Assembly: GCA_040220235.1 (NCBI GenBank)
Contig: JAVJTO010000018.1
Origin: Coleofasciculus sp. B1-GNL1-01
GTDB taxonomy: Bacteria > Cyanobacteriota > Cyanobacteriia > Cyanobacteriales > Coleofasciculaceae
Strand: one strand, 5' to 3'
Length of the DNA stretch: 33,919 nt
A program made the position numbers and the translations under genes. Shown one piece after another: positions 1-9,794 of this stretch; position 1 is the stretch's first letter; each line of letters begins with the position of its first letter. Under the pieces are notes generated by a model. That model did not search any database and was not told where the DNA came from. It was given only the letters and a program-made list of their open reading frames with translations.

Positions 1-283
1 TGCATCCTGGAATTTTTGCCAACCTCAGCGCCGAATTTTCCCTCGACAGAGGGTTGAAACCATTGCCCATGAAACACCGAGCGTGTTACCGAGCGGAGTC
101 GAGGTAAGCCGAGGTGTTGCCTATTGCCTATTGCCTCTCCCCACCACAAGAGTTATTCAGCAGACCCTAAATTCTGTTCACTGTACTCAGGAATGTTAAC
201 AAGCGTCAAAACCTTACTGTTCCCCGTTCCCCGTTCCCTGTTTCCTTGTCCTCAGGCTAAACTTTAATCATGGTTGCTTGACC

Positions 284-892
284 TTAAAGTTGAAAGTTTG
301 TTTCAAAGTTTTGGCGAGTCATCGGTTGATCGACGATCAACCCTTCACCTCCTAAGACTTCCAGGGGTTTTCCTTCCACATCAATCCAGACTTGAGCATC
401 CGGCTCTAAGCTGGTGGCTGTATAGATAATTTGTCCAAGGCGGCTTTGCATCGAAGCACTGCCACCCCCTGTAGTAAAGTCTTCCGATAGATCTAGATGC
501 ACTCCATCAGATTTGATAGAAAGATTCCGTAGCTCAGTTCCTTCGGGAATTGCCGAGGCTACCGCTTGCTGCTCAGGTCCAGACAATAATTGCTGGAATG
601 CCATCTCTAACACTTCAGATGGATTATCAGCATTTTCGACGGTAATGGAACTGGGAACCAATTCAATTTGATTATTGACAGCATCAACCCAATAGACTTG
701 AACCTTTTGTTCAGTCGCTGGCGGCGTGTCTTGGGGCGACTGGGAGAGGGTAGGCACTTCGGATTGGGGAGGTGAGGCGGTAATCGTATTCCAAGCCCAC
801 CAAGCGCCTCCACCAGCAGCGGCTAACATCGCCACGGAAACACCAGCGACCAAACTTGTGGGAATACGACGTGTATCTTGTGGATTTTGCAT
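284..892 (-). CDS. GerMN (sporulation/spore germination) domain membrane protein
   Basis: N-terminal TM helix, Pro-rich linker, motifs SAIPEGT..L and LDLSEDFTTGGGSASMQSRLGQIIYTATSL typical of GerMN. Confidence 0.88.
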   Translation of the reverse strand: MQNPQDTRRIPTSLVAGVSVAMLAAAGGGAWWAWNTITASPPQSEVPTLSQSPQDTPPATEQKVQVYWVDAVNNQIELVPSSITVENADNPSEVLEMAFQQLLSGPEQQAVASAIPEGTELRNLSIKSDGVHLDLSEDFTTGGGSASMQSRLGQIIYTATSLEPDAQVWIDVEGKPLEVLGGEGLIVDQPMTRQNFETNFQL

Positions 893-1072
893 AGTTATTA
901 CCTTTCCAATCGTTCAATGTTTTGTAGGATTAGAAAAAAATGTGATAATTTTTCTAGTTTTTGACTTTTGACCTAGTAGGACAGGTTTCGTTACGTTATC
1001 CGTTTTTGCCATAAGTTAGCGGTAAAACCCGCCCCTACATAGACCACCAACTGCTCTGACTGAACCGACACC

Positions 1073-1861
1073 CTAGTCTCCTGGCGGTACATCAGCTCGA
1101 ACAAATGCGGCTACCTGTAGATCCTGATTATCTATCTCTAATTGTAAGAGTCTGACCGTAATCCCAGCATCTTCCAAGCTACGGAGATTGGCGCGATCGC
1201 TTATTCCCTTGGCGAAGCCTTCAACCAAGCGAGACGGTAGCGCTTGACCATCAACGGTTACTCTGGGTTCAATCAGTTGCAAGCGATGTCCGGCTTCAAT
1301 CCCCAATCCAGATTCCACCACAATGGCTAGGGATTGACGATTTCCTTCCACCGCATCCACTTGGAAACGCAGGCGATTATTTCCCAGCAACTCTAATCGA
1401 GGATTGAGAAACTGGTAACGCTGTGCGGTATCTCTGGAGAGACGACTACCGAGTTGTTGTAACCTTGCGGCAACTCTAGGAGACTGAAGCATCTGGTTGA
1501 GATCCGATTCGGTTAAAACCAGACGCACCCCTGCTTGTAACGGTTGACGTAACGAGGCTAAGGGCGACGTTTGACCCTCCTGTCTTAGACGGTTGATATC
1601 CAGATTAATCGGATCAGTTTCTACCTCCAGAACATCAATCCGAATGTCTGGCGTCAACCATAATCCTCGACCCGCAATCCGGACTTGTTCGAGTTTCCCT
1701 TGCAAAGCTCGGTAGTTCGGCGTATTGTCAATCCGCACATCAAGCTGTTCAACTCTCTCCAATTGAGAACTTAGGACATTTTCCACCACGCGATCGATGA
1801 TTAAGCCCGGAGGGGAACCCAGCGTGAGTAACGCCGATAGGAGGATGCTCAAAATTTCCAT
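1073..1861 (-). CDS. DUF2993 / LmeA-like phospholipid-binding family protein
   Basis: Hydrophobic N-terminus, LDVRIDNTPNY..LQGKLEQVRIAGRG and LTESDLNQML motifs. Confidence 0.78.
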   Translation of the reverse strand: MEILSILLSALLTLGSPPGLIIDRVVENVLSSQLERVEQLDVRIDNTPNYRALQGKLEQVRIAGRGLWLTPDIRIDVLEVETDPINLDINRLRQEGQTSPLASLRQPLQAGVRLVLTESDLNQMLQSPRVAARLQQLGSRLSRDTAQRYQFLNPRLELLGNNRLRFQVDAVEGNRQSLAIVVESGLGIEAGHRLQLIEPRVTVDGQALPSRLVEGFAKGISDRANLRSLEDAGITVRLLQLEIDNQDLQVAAFVRADVPPGD

Positions 1862-2014
1862 ATTTCGGTGGAGTTGTTTATATTACTTAACATTTAACCC
1901 CTAAATCTTTAAACTTTATTGCAGTTTTATTACAGAGTGAGAGCCGATTGCCATAGGCATGATACCTTCAATGAGGTGTTGACGAAAAGCACAGCCTTAG
2001 GAAAGGAGGACATT

Positions 2015-2215
2015 TTGGATTTGCATTCTGCTCAAACCCCCAACGACTTTGTTCATGAAGATATTAGTGAGTACGTGGCTCAGCTTCAGCTACACATGGC
2101 GTTACAAGCCCGGAATTTAGTCCCGACTCTCACCAAGGCTGTAGATAGCCGAGAGCAGTTGTTACAGCAAACCCAAGCTACCTTGGAAAAGCTAGCGTCT
2201 CGACAGGCGGTTTAG
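2015..2215 (+). CDS. Small cyanobacterial hypothetical protein (~66 aa)
   Basis: AGGAGG SD just upstream of an in-frame TTG at 2015 within track ORF 1919..2215; helical EYVAQLQLHMALQARNLVP segment. Confidence 0.6.
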   Translation: MDLHSAQTPNDFVHEDISEYVAQLQLHMALQARNLVPTLTKAVDSREQLLQQTQATLEKLASRQAV

Positions 2216-2263
2216 TATAAGTGTTGAGTGTTGACCCTTCACTTCGTTCAGATAACCGATTTG

Positions 2264-2325
2264 GTAGGGGCGGGTTTCACAACTATCGTTTCTGATCTCA
2301 CCCTAGATGTAACTAAACCCGCCCC
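2264..2325. repeat. REP-like GGGCGGGTTT..AAACCCGCCC family (also 976-1038, 17526-17587, 18661-18717, 22055-22115, 28616-28676, 30133-30196, 33094-33154)
   Basis: Eight ~60-bp intergenic inverted-repeat elements with variable interiors. Confidence 0.88.
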
Positions 2326-2363
2326 GACTGAGTGTTATTTGACATAAGACATAAGACAAATAA

Positions 2364-3383
2364 TTAACGACTCGCCAAAATTAAAGCATCGGCATAGTTT
2401 AAAGCCTCTTGCCACACAGCATAGCCGCGTCTGGCGAGATGAATCCCATCAGTAGTTAACTCCCGTTGCATTTGACCCTGATTATTCACAAACAAACGGT
2501 GCAGGTTAAGATAGCCTGCACCTTCTTGCTGTGCGATCGCGGCGATTTGTTGATTCAGGTTGCGGATGCGATCGCTTGGAATAGCGCTTAATCGTGTGGG
2601 TAAAATAGACTGAACAATAATTTGGGCTTGCGGATGGTTTTGGCGTAAGCGTTGGATAATTTGGCGGGTATTATCGAGAATCACGCGATCGCGAACCCCC
2701 TGACGCAAGTCATTGGTGCCAGCCATGACATAGATTGTATCGGGTCGGGTTTGGGAAAAAGCCGAGAGTCGTTCTAAAATTTGGCGAGAGTTTTCCCCAG
2801 AAATCCCCTGATTCAGCCAAAATTGACCACTAGGTAGGTTGGCTGTAGGAAACCAAAGACTCAAGGAATCGCCCACTAAAATAGACAGACGATTATTCCC
2901 CTGTCCCCTCGCCATCGCTTTCGCTTCTTCTGCAAGTAGCTGTTTCCATTGCGTATGAGTGGGTTTAGCCAGTGTCGCTTTACCCCAAACCGACTGGAAA
3001 CTATGAGCCGGGAGGCGGGTGTAGGTTTGACCTCTATTTAAGGCGGCTAATCGTTGGTAATAGAGTTGGGTTCCCGATTTAGGTGAGACAACCGGGGATT
3101 GAGGTTTAGGGGAAATAGAGTTAGTAGTCAGCGCTAAAGCGCTGGTGGCACTAAAGTGGCTACTACTAACCGAGGAGCTAAACTCAACACCAGGGATTTC
3201 CACCCCAGGGATAATCGGTTGAGTGACGACGGAGTGCGATTGATCAGCTTTAGCAGAAGCCAATAAAGCCGACAAATTCTCGAACAGATTGGGAACCAGT
3301 GGCGGTGGTGGGGGCGCAGATACGGGACCTACGGTAAGCAGACTGGCTGCTAGTAAATACGGATCGCTCATGGTACATTCCAT
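2364..3383 (-). CDS. SGNH/GDSL family lipase/esterase
   Basis: Blocks LVGDSLS, NQGISGE, MAGTND, DGIHL. Confidence 0.92.
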   Translation of the reverse strand: MECTMSDPYLLAASLLTVGPVSAPPPPPLVPNLFENLSALLASAKADQSHSVVTQPIIPGVEIPGVEFSSSVSSSHFSATSALALTTNSISPKPQSPVVSPKSGTQLYYQRLAALNRGQTYTRLPAHSFQSVWGKATLAKPTHTQWKQLLAEEAKAMARGQGNNRLSILVGDSLSLWFPTANLPSGQFWLNQGISGENSRQILERLSAFSQTRPDTIYVMAGTNDLRQGVRDRVILDNTRQIIQRLRQNHPQAQIIVQSILPTRLSAIPSDRIRNLNQQIAAIAQQEGAGYLNLHRLFVNNQGQMQRELTTDGIHLARRGYAVWQEALNYADALILASR

Positions 3384-3628
3384 TACTCTCTCTTTTTCCT
3401 TTGACAGGAATTTGACAGAGTATCAGGAATATATGGCAGAAGGCAGGAGGGTTCTCACTGTTCCCTGTTTCCCCATCTCAATTAAGTTTAATTTTGTCTA
3501 TAGCACTAGGCTCTAAGGTTAGGACATAGGAAAAGCAGGGAAAGCAATGTAGAGACGTGCCATGGCACGTCTGGAAGCAGGGGAAGGGAAAGTTATATCT
3601 TTGAATGCAACTTGGTATGATATCACTT

Positions 3629-3946
3629 TTACACATTTTGATCTCGCAAAAAAGCAATAATGACAGCTTTTCTCAGGGTTGCCTCGATGGAATTGATAAA
3701 GCCTATAGCAACGAATAGATTATTCATTGACAATTGTATAGTTTGTAAGGCATTGTTGACTTCTGTTTGATTGTCCTCAATCCATTTTTCCAGAAATTTA
3801 CGCTCGGTTAACGCTTCCTCAATATCATTCTGGGAAAAAATTTGCTGCAATTTGGATGATTTTGTAATAGAGTTAATTTTCTTTCCCAAATCCTCTCCAG
3901 ATGAGTTCACTTGAGGACGGGTGAATAAGGCAGAAAGTCTTGGCAT
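3629..3946 (-). CDS. Hypothetical protein (105 aa, AT-rich, possibly a fragment)
   Basis: ATG-initiated ORF with helical composition; no recognised motif. Confidence 0.4.
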   Translation of the reverse strand: MPRLSALFTRPQVNSSGEDLGKKINSITKSSKLQQIFSQNDIEEALTERKFLEKWIEDNQTEVNNALQTIQLSMNNLFVAIGFINSIEATLRKAVIIAFLRDQNV

Positions 3947-4235
3947 AATTGATGTGGGACGAACGGTTTCATTTAATATATTTACACAGTTGAAGGGTAT
4001 TTTGTTTACAAATATATACGAGAATAAGCGTAAAAAATACTACGTCAATTATCGTAAATCTTGTCAGGCATTATTTTTTCATAAAAGATATAAATCACCC
4101 AAAAAGATTGCATGGAAATAAATGAAATTTGTCCGCCTAAGCTTTTTGAAAAATTCATACTTTAGAGTGAAAAACAAAAAGCAGCACTTCGCTATAATGA
4201 TAGATTGAATAAAAACCTGGAGTGAAATCTACACG

Positions 4236-4433
4236 ATGGCAGCAATGAAATTCAACGTTCCGAGTATCGCCTGTGATGGTTGCGCCAAAACCATTAGCGA
4301 AGGGATTCGTACCCACGAACCTGAAGCGAAAGTCGATGTTGATGTGGCAAATAAGACGGTTAGTGTGGAAACTGAGGCGTCTCAGGAGTCAATTAAACAA
4401 GTCATTACTTCTGTTGGACATCAGGTGGAATAA
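4236..4433 (+). CDS. Heavy-metal-associated domain copper chaperone (Atx1/CopZ-like)
   Basis: 65 aa, VPSIACDGC CxxC motif, GH near C-terminus. Confidence 0.92.
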   Translation: MAAMKFNVPSIACDGCAKTISEGIRTHEPEAKVDVDVANKTVSVETEASQESIKQVITSVGHQVE

Positions 4434-4489
4434 TACCAATTCTGGCATTATATAGCAATAGACACATCGATTAGGACGTTCGGCATCAT

Positions 4490-4519
4490 TGTAGAGACGT
4501 TGCATGCAACGTCTCTACA
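4490..4519. repeat. REP-like GTAGAGACG..CATG..CGTCTCTAC palindrome family (also 3549-3572, 21974-21997, 23159-23184, 23822-23849)
   Basis: Five copies, mostly intergenic near gene 3' ends, with compensatory changes. Confidence 0.9.
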
Positions 4520-4536
4520 TTCGGGGATCTAGTCAA

Positions 4537-6483
4537 TTACCCAGAGATTCCTGATGCTGTTGGTATTGGGGGCTTTGAAGGATGTGCTGATTGGCGCGAT
4601 CGCACTTCCAAATACACCAGCAAAGCATTAATATCCGCCGGGTTCACCCCACCAATGCGAGACGCTTGACCAATTGTCAGGGGTTGAACCTGGGAGAGTT
4701 TCTCGCGAGATTCCTTGGATAGGGTTTCAATCGCATCATAATCTAGATCCACGGGTAATCGTCGCTGGCTTTGACGGGACACTTGATCAATCTGATTTTG
4801 CTGGCGTTGCAGATATCCCGCATATTTGATATCGATTTCCGCGCCGTCTCGTTCAACTTGATTGAGACTGGGGTTACCTAATCCGTAATGATCCAGATTG
4901 ACGTAGTGGAATTTGGGACGACGCAGCAATTCAGCTAGAGTAATCGAACCCTTAATCCGTTGCTGAGTATCCGACGCGATCGCAACACCTAATTCGTCAT
5001 GTTCCTTAATCCGTACTGTCTGGAGTCGTTCCTTCTCCGCCGCAATATTGGCTTGTTTTTCCGTATAAAGTTGCCAACGGCGGTCATCAATTAAGCCAAT
5101 GTCTCGTCCCAAAGGAGTCAGACGGCGATCGGCGTTATCTGAACGCAGGAGTAACCGATACTCAGAACGGCTGGTTAGCATCCGGTAGGGTTCTCGCAAA
5201 TCTTTGGTACATAAATCATCAATTAATGTCCCGATATAGCTTTCCTCACGGGGGAACACCAACATCTCTTGATGTCGCACATAGCGTACTGCATTAATTC
5301 CCGCCACAATCCCCTGGGCGGCGGCTTCTTCATATCCCGTCGTCCCATTAATTTGTCCAGCGCAGAATAATCCCTCGATTTTTTTGGTCATTAATGTGGG
5401 GAAACACTGAGTTGCGGGTAGATAATCATACTCCACCGCATACGCCGGACGTAGCATGGTACACTGTTCTAATCCAGGGAGCGATCGCAGCATTTGCAAC
5501 TGTAGCTTCTCTGGTAATCCCGTCGAAAATCCCTGGATATAGAGTTCCGGAATCTCTCGCCCTTCCGGTTCAATAAAGATCTGATGGCTTTGCTTATCGG
5601 CAAACCGGACAATTTTATCTTCAATACTGGGACAATAACGAGGTCCCTTTGCATCCACCCAACCCCCATAAACCGGAGACAGATGTAGATTATCCCGAAT
5701 CAACCGATGCGTTTCTGCCGTGGTACGGGTAATATAACAATTCATCTGTTCCCGTTCCACCCACACCTCTGGGTCAAAGCTGAACCAAGACACCACCTCA
5801 TCCCCAGGTTGGGGTTCCATCTTACTGTAATCCACGGATCGCTTATCCACTCGCGCCGGGGTTCCTGTTTTCAGACGTCCGGTTTCAAATCCCAATTTAT
5901 TCAGGGTTTCCGTCAATCCCACCGCCGCAAATTCCCCAGCGCGTCCAGCAGGCATTGATTTATTCCCCACCCAGATACATCCACCCAGGAACGTTCCCGT
6001 GGTTAATACTACCGCAGGGGCAGCAAATGCTACACCAAAATAGGTCTCAACACCGATAACCTCATCATTCGCACCCAGAACTAAATCCGTCACCATCCCT
6101 TCGCGGATGACCAAATTCTCTTGGTTCTCGACAATCCGTTTCATCACTGCCGCATATTCCCGCTTATCAGTTTGCGCCCGTAACGCCCAAACCGCAGGTC
6201 CCCGCGACTGATTTAATACCCGCTTCTGGAGATAAGTCCGGTCTGCCATCTTACCAATTTCTCCCCCCAAGGCGTCTACCTCGTGGGCAAGTTGGGATTT
6301 AGCTGGCGCACCCACAGCTGGATTACAGGGTTGCCAAGCAATTTTATCTAAGTTCAGCGTAAGCAGGAGGGTGCGACATCCCAGACGGGCGGCGGCGAGT
6401 GCGGCTTCGCAGCCAGAATGTCCAGCACCGACAACGATGACATCAAAAGCGTCTTGGAAATCTACGGCCGAATCTGTGGTCAT
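4537..6483 (-). CDS. mnmG: tRNA uridine-5-carboxymethylaminomethyl(34) synthesis enzyme MnmG (GidA)
   Basis: [56 protein letters not shown]. Confidence 0.98.
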   Translation of the reverse strand: MTTDSAVDFQDAFDVIVVGAGHSGCEAALAAARLGCRTLLLTLNLDKIAWQPCNPAVGAPAKSQLAHEVDALGGEIGKMADRTYLQKRVLNQSRGPAVWALRAQTDKREYAAVMKRIVENQENLVIREGMVTDLVLGANDEVIGVETYFGVAFAAPAVVLTTGTFLGGCIWVGNKSMPAGRAGEFAAVGLTETLNKLGFETGRLKTGTPARVDKRSVDYSKMEPQPGDEVVSWFSFDPEVWVEREQMNCYITRTTAETHRLIRDNLHLSPVYGGWVDAKGPRYCPSIEDKIVRFADKQSHQIFIEPEGREIPELYIQGFSTGLPEKLQLQMLRSLPGLEQCTMLRPAYAVEYDYLPATQCFPTLMTKKIEGLFCAGQINGTTGYEEAAAQGIVAGINAVRYVRHQEMLVFPREESYIGTLIDDLCTKDLREPYRMLTSRSEYRLLLRSDNADRRLTPLGRDIGLIDDRRWQLYTEKQANIAAEKERLQTVRIKEHDELGVAIASDTQQRIKGSITLAELLRRPKFHYVNLDHYGLGNPSLNQVERDGAEIDIKYAGYLQRQQNQIDQVSRQSQRRLPVDLDYDAIETLSKESREKLSQVQPLTIGQASRIGGVNPADINALLVYLEVRSRQSAHPSKPPIPTASGISG

Positions 6484-6587
6484 GGTTAGTGTTTGAGTGA
6501 CTAGGACTCTTGTTCGATTTTAGCGGTTGTTGTCTATGTGTCTTCTAGTCTGTCAGTTTTTCAACCAATAGGGTACTATTGTACTAA

Positions 6588-7634
6588 TTGGTTGGCTGTT
6601 ATTCCGCAAGGTACAGTGCAAAAACTTATTTTATAGTCTTAGCCTCTGTAGTTTCAGCCATCAAGAGAACATCAGCACCCACTAATTTTATGCTCAGACC
6701 AATACCAACAAGACCAATAGTTAATCAACGCAATCTCATGATTAAGCAACGCTACCACATTATAGGCAGTCTACCAAGTGGAGGCTTCAGCAAAACTTAT
6801 CTAGCTCAAGACCTGTTGTGTTATCGTGACTCTCCTTGGCGTGTTGTTAAACAACTCAAACCTTCAGTAGAGAATCGAAGAATTCATCTAGACAAAATTT
6901 CAGAGTGGTTCCGCAGGGAAGCGGCAGCTCTCGCTCTATTGGGAAACCACCCTCAAATTCCACAGTTGTTCGATTCCTTTATGGAAAATGAGGAGTTCTA
7001 TCTTGTTCAAGAATTCATTGAAGGGCATGATCTGAGCCAAGAACTCAGCATTGGGAGGCAATTAACTGAAACTGAGGTGCTTACCCTATTACAGGAAATT
7101 TTAGAAGTTTTAGAGGTTGTCCATAGGCATAGAATCATTCATCGAGACATTAAACCTCAAAATATCATGAGGCGTCACACAGATGGAAAGATTGTTTTGA
7201 TTGACTTTGGCTTAATCAAAGAAATATTTTTCCGATCTAATTACAGTCCAGCCAACTTAACGATGGGAGTTGGTACTCCAGGATATTTACCCTCTGAACA
7301 AGCTAATGGTTTTCCCCAATTAAGCAGTGACATCTATGCTGTGGGGATGATTGGTATTCAAGCTCTAACTGGCTATCATCCGGAAGAACTGAAAAATATT
7401 TATACACATGAAATTATTTGGCGCGATAAGGTGTTTGTAAGTCCAGAGTTAGCGGAAGTTTTAGATACAATGGTTTGTCCTCAATCCGGGCAACGCTATC
7501 CGTCAGCTACTGAAGCATTACAAGATATCAAATGGATAATAAATCGTAGGAGAGAACGAAACAAACTACTGATGAGACATTTAAAACCTAAAGCATTTGA
7601 ACTTGCATCTCTGCAAATCAACCGAGTTGTTTAG
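6588..7634 (+). CDS. Hanks-type Ser/Thr protein kinase (Pkn2-like, kinase domain only); true start probably a downstream ATG
   Basis: GGFSKTY, VVKQL, IHRDIKPQN, IDFG, GTPGY, SDIYAVG. Confidence 0.92.
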   Translation: MVGCYSARYSAKTYFIVLASVVSAIKRTSAPTNFMLRPIPTRPIVNQRNLMIKQRYHIIGSLPSGGFSKTYLAQDLLCYRDSPWRVVKQLKPSVENRRIHLDKISEWFRREAAALALLGNHPQIPQLFDSFMENEEFYLVQEFIEGHDLSQELSIGRQLTETEVLTLLQEILEVLEVVHRHRIIHRDIKPQNIMRRHTDGKIVLIDFGLIKEIFFRSNYSPANLTMGVGTPGYLPSEQANGFPQLSSDIYAVGMIGIQALTGYHPEELKNIYTHEIIWRDKVFVSPELAEVLDTMVCPQSGQRYPSATEALQDIKWIINRRRERNKLLMRHLKPKAFELASLQINRVV

Positions 7635-7961
7635 GATAAGCCTTAATTTTTACCTTCCGTGGATTGGAAAATTGGGCTTATTCTTCCAATGCGTTGACCA
7701 GTTCAATCCCTTATTATTGGTGATTACTCGGAGAAGTATCAATACTTTCACGTAATTCAGTAATACCAAATTCGGGTTAGCTACCCCTGTTACAACTCAG
7801 TCCACGTTAACGAAGTTTGCCGAAGCATCGGCGGACTTTGTTTTTGTAGCAGCGATTTTAATCGCCGTGGTCAAAGGGGGTTCATTTCGCTTCATCTAAA
7901 CAAAAGGGTCAATAACCGCTAAGATTTAGCGTTGATGTTCCCATAACTACTATAACGCCAA

Positions 7962-8675
7962 ATGATTTTGTTTTACATTGATGAGGGTGGTACTGGCTGG
8001 AAAGATACACAAACGAATTTTTTCTTTTTGGTGAGCTTCGCTATTCCTGCCCAGAACTGGTTTCAAATGGATAGCATCATTTTATCATTCAAGAAAGGTA
8101 TACTCAGCGGTAGTCAGTTAGAAAACTGGGAGCTAAAGGGTCGTGATATTTGGCAAGGGTTAGGTAAGTTCAAGAAAGTTAAACGCGAATACCGTATGCA
8201 GGTGTTCTTGCAAGTCTCAGAAATCCTAAGTCAGTTACCTTGCCATATTTTGGCTATTCAGGTTGACAAGAGAGGACTCCGCGACAGTGGTGAATCTATC
8301 AAAGATGACACAGATTTATATCAGTTTTCTTTCAGGGAATTGCTAGAAAAAATAGATGCTTTTCTAAAGCAATCTAACGAAACAGGAATACTTTTTATGG
8401 ATTCGCGTTCAACTCAGCACACGGCTGTTCAAGATGGGCGATTGATCAGGGCTTATAGAGATTGGGTCAATGCTCGAAAAGAACCTTCTAGTTTTGTGGA
8501 ACTTCCTGTATTTGGGTTTTCAGAATTTTATACCGGGTTGCAGCTAGCTGATTATGTAACCTACTTGATTGACCGTAAATCCAAAGAGTCTACAGCAAGT
8601 GCTAGTTCAGAATTGCAAGCAGCATTCAATCTATTAATACCTAAACTTAATCTATCTAAAATTCCCCGTAAATAA
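7962..8675 (+). CDS. DUF3800 domain protein (RNase H-like fold inferred)
   Basis: N-terminal FYIDEGG, ELKG, FMD and C-terminal GLQLADY (QxxD) motifs characteristic of DUF3800. Confidence 0.85.
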   Translation: MILFYIDEGGTGWKDTQTNFFFLVSFAIPAQNWFQMDSIILSFKKGILSGSQLENWELKGRDIWQGLGKFKKVKREYRMQVFLQVSEILSQLPCHILAIQVDKRGLRDSGESIKDDTDLYQFSFRELLEKIDAFLKQSNETGILFMDSRSTQHTAVQDGRLIRAYRDWVNARKEPSSFVELPVFGFSEFYTGLQLADYVTYLIDRKSKESTASASSELQAAFNLLIPKLNLSKIPRK

Positions 8676-8689
8676 ATACAGTTTGATAA

Positions 8690-8870
8690 CCGCTCCAAGG
8701 AGTTGTGATTCTAAAGGCGAATCCACGACTGTGATAGTCGTGGATTCAGCGCTGGCAGAGTCTTGATCAATAAGACTCTACCTTAATTAAAGGAAGTATT
8801 TGATAGGCGCACGGTATCTCAACCGCGCTATACATCCCCGTGCAGTTCGGGGCACCTTGTCATCTAACAC
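8690..8870 (-). ncRNA. Candidate structured ncRNA convergent with the DUF3800 gene
   Basis: Minus-strand helices CCCCG/CGGGG, GCGCGGU/ACCGUGC, GGUAGAGUCUU/AAGACUCUGCC, GAAUCCACGACU/AGUCGUGGAUUC; G-U pairs favour the minus strand; canonical promoter directly upstream; 3' end uncertain. Confidence 0.6.
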
Positions 8871-8872
8871 CA

Positions 8873-8901
8873 ATCTTATCGTATAGTCGAGTATTTTTCA
8901 A
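8873..8901 (-). promoter_or_regulatory. Sigma70-type promoter TTGAAA-N17-TAAGAT for the candidate ncRNA
   Basis: -35 at 8901-8896, 17-bp spacer, -10 at 8878-8873; predicted TSS ~8865-8868. Confidence 0.6.
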
Positions 8902-8939
8902 ATTAGCCGCAGCACTAATTTAAGAATGGCACTGAATTT

Positions 8940-9038
8940 TGGAGCATCCCATTTTGGAAACACCGTTCCCCAAAGCAACGATATTTTAAGGGTTTCAGCC
9001 CCCTAAAAAGAGCTAACGCGCCAAATTGGGATGCTCCC
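8940..9038. mobile_element. 99-bp MITE with ~17-bp TIRs and 8-bp target-site duplication
   Basis: TIRs GGAGCATCCCATTTTGG / CCAAATTGGGATGCTCC; CTGAATTT at 8932-8939 and 9039-9046. Confidence 0.85.
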
Positions 9039-9145
9039 CTGAATTTAGAGTTTGTAGTCAGCACTGTCTTCGCTTCTGGCACGCTTCATGCCTACTACGA
9101 AACCAGTTTAAGTCAGCGACATTCTTCTTAAGCTGTCAGATTGAG

Positions 9146-9248
9146 GATTGAGCTAATGCAAAGAGCCGGAATGTCGGCTGATGATTTCCCTGATGACGTG
9201 GATTTGGTGGGTGGGTTTCGACTTCGCTCAACCCACCCTACGGTATAT
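9146..9248 (+). repeat. Remnant copy of the XRE gene 3' end plus REP-like palindrome (paralogous to 14930..15034)
   Basis: GATTGAGCTAATGCAAAGAGCCGGAATGTC...CTACGGTATAT is shared with 14930..15034; the palindrome core is inverted between the copies. Confidence 0.9.
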
Positions 9249-9368
9249 TAAAGGTTTCGGCAATTTTTTCATGCAAATTTTCAGTGCTATTCGGGTAATA
9301 AAAATAAGTCAATTTCTGCTCAAGTTGCCGGGAAAGATGTTGGGGTGGGATATGAAAGCAAGCTGTCT

Positions 9369-9794
9369 TTGATTAAGAGTTTATATGAGCGGGGGTATGG
9401 GCGATAGGATATCGTTCAATTATTTCGATTAATTGATTGGTTTATTGCTCTACCAAAAAGAGAAGAGGATCGATTGTGGCAAGAGATACAAACGTTAGAA
9501 GAGGAGAGAAAAATGCCTTATATTACCAGTATTGAGCGAATCGGAATCAGGAAGGGACAACAAGGAGCAATTATTCGTATTCTTGAGGTTAGGTTTGAAA
9601 ATATTCCGCAGGAATTGAGAACATTAATTGGGAAGATAGAGAATCTTGAGGTGCTAAATACTCTTCTGGTTCAGGCGGTGACAACTCAATCCTTAGAGGC
9701 ATTTGAATCTGTGGCGAATCAATATGTTACGGAGGAGGGGTTGGAATTGGAGAACTCAGAACCGAGTGCAGGTGAAGAGGCGAATGAGACGTAA
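9369..9794 (+). pseudogene. C-terminal fragment of a cyanobacterial Rpn/YhgA-like (putative transposase) protein
   Basis: Reads LIKSLYERGYGR*DIVQLFRLIDWFIALP..LWQEIQTLEEERKMPYITSIERIG with an in-frame TAG; no N-terminal domain. Confidence 0.75.

Noticed and set aside
4030..4043. GTA-N8-TAC NtcA-like site
   Set aside because: Lacks the flanking T/A and lies in very AT-rich DNA where such matches are common
7912..8694. ATAACCGCT on both sides of the DUF3800 gene as a TSD
   Set aside because: Only 9 bp, no TIRs, and it would separate the gene from its candidate RNA
8795..8862. tRNA gene (GTTCG-like motif near 8845)
   Set aside because: No cloverleaf, D-arm or anticodon arm; strand evidence favours the opposite strand
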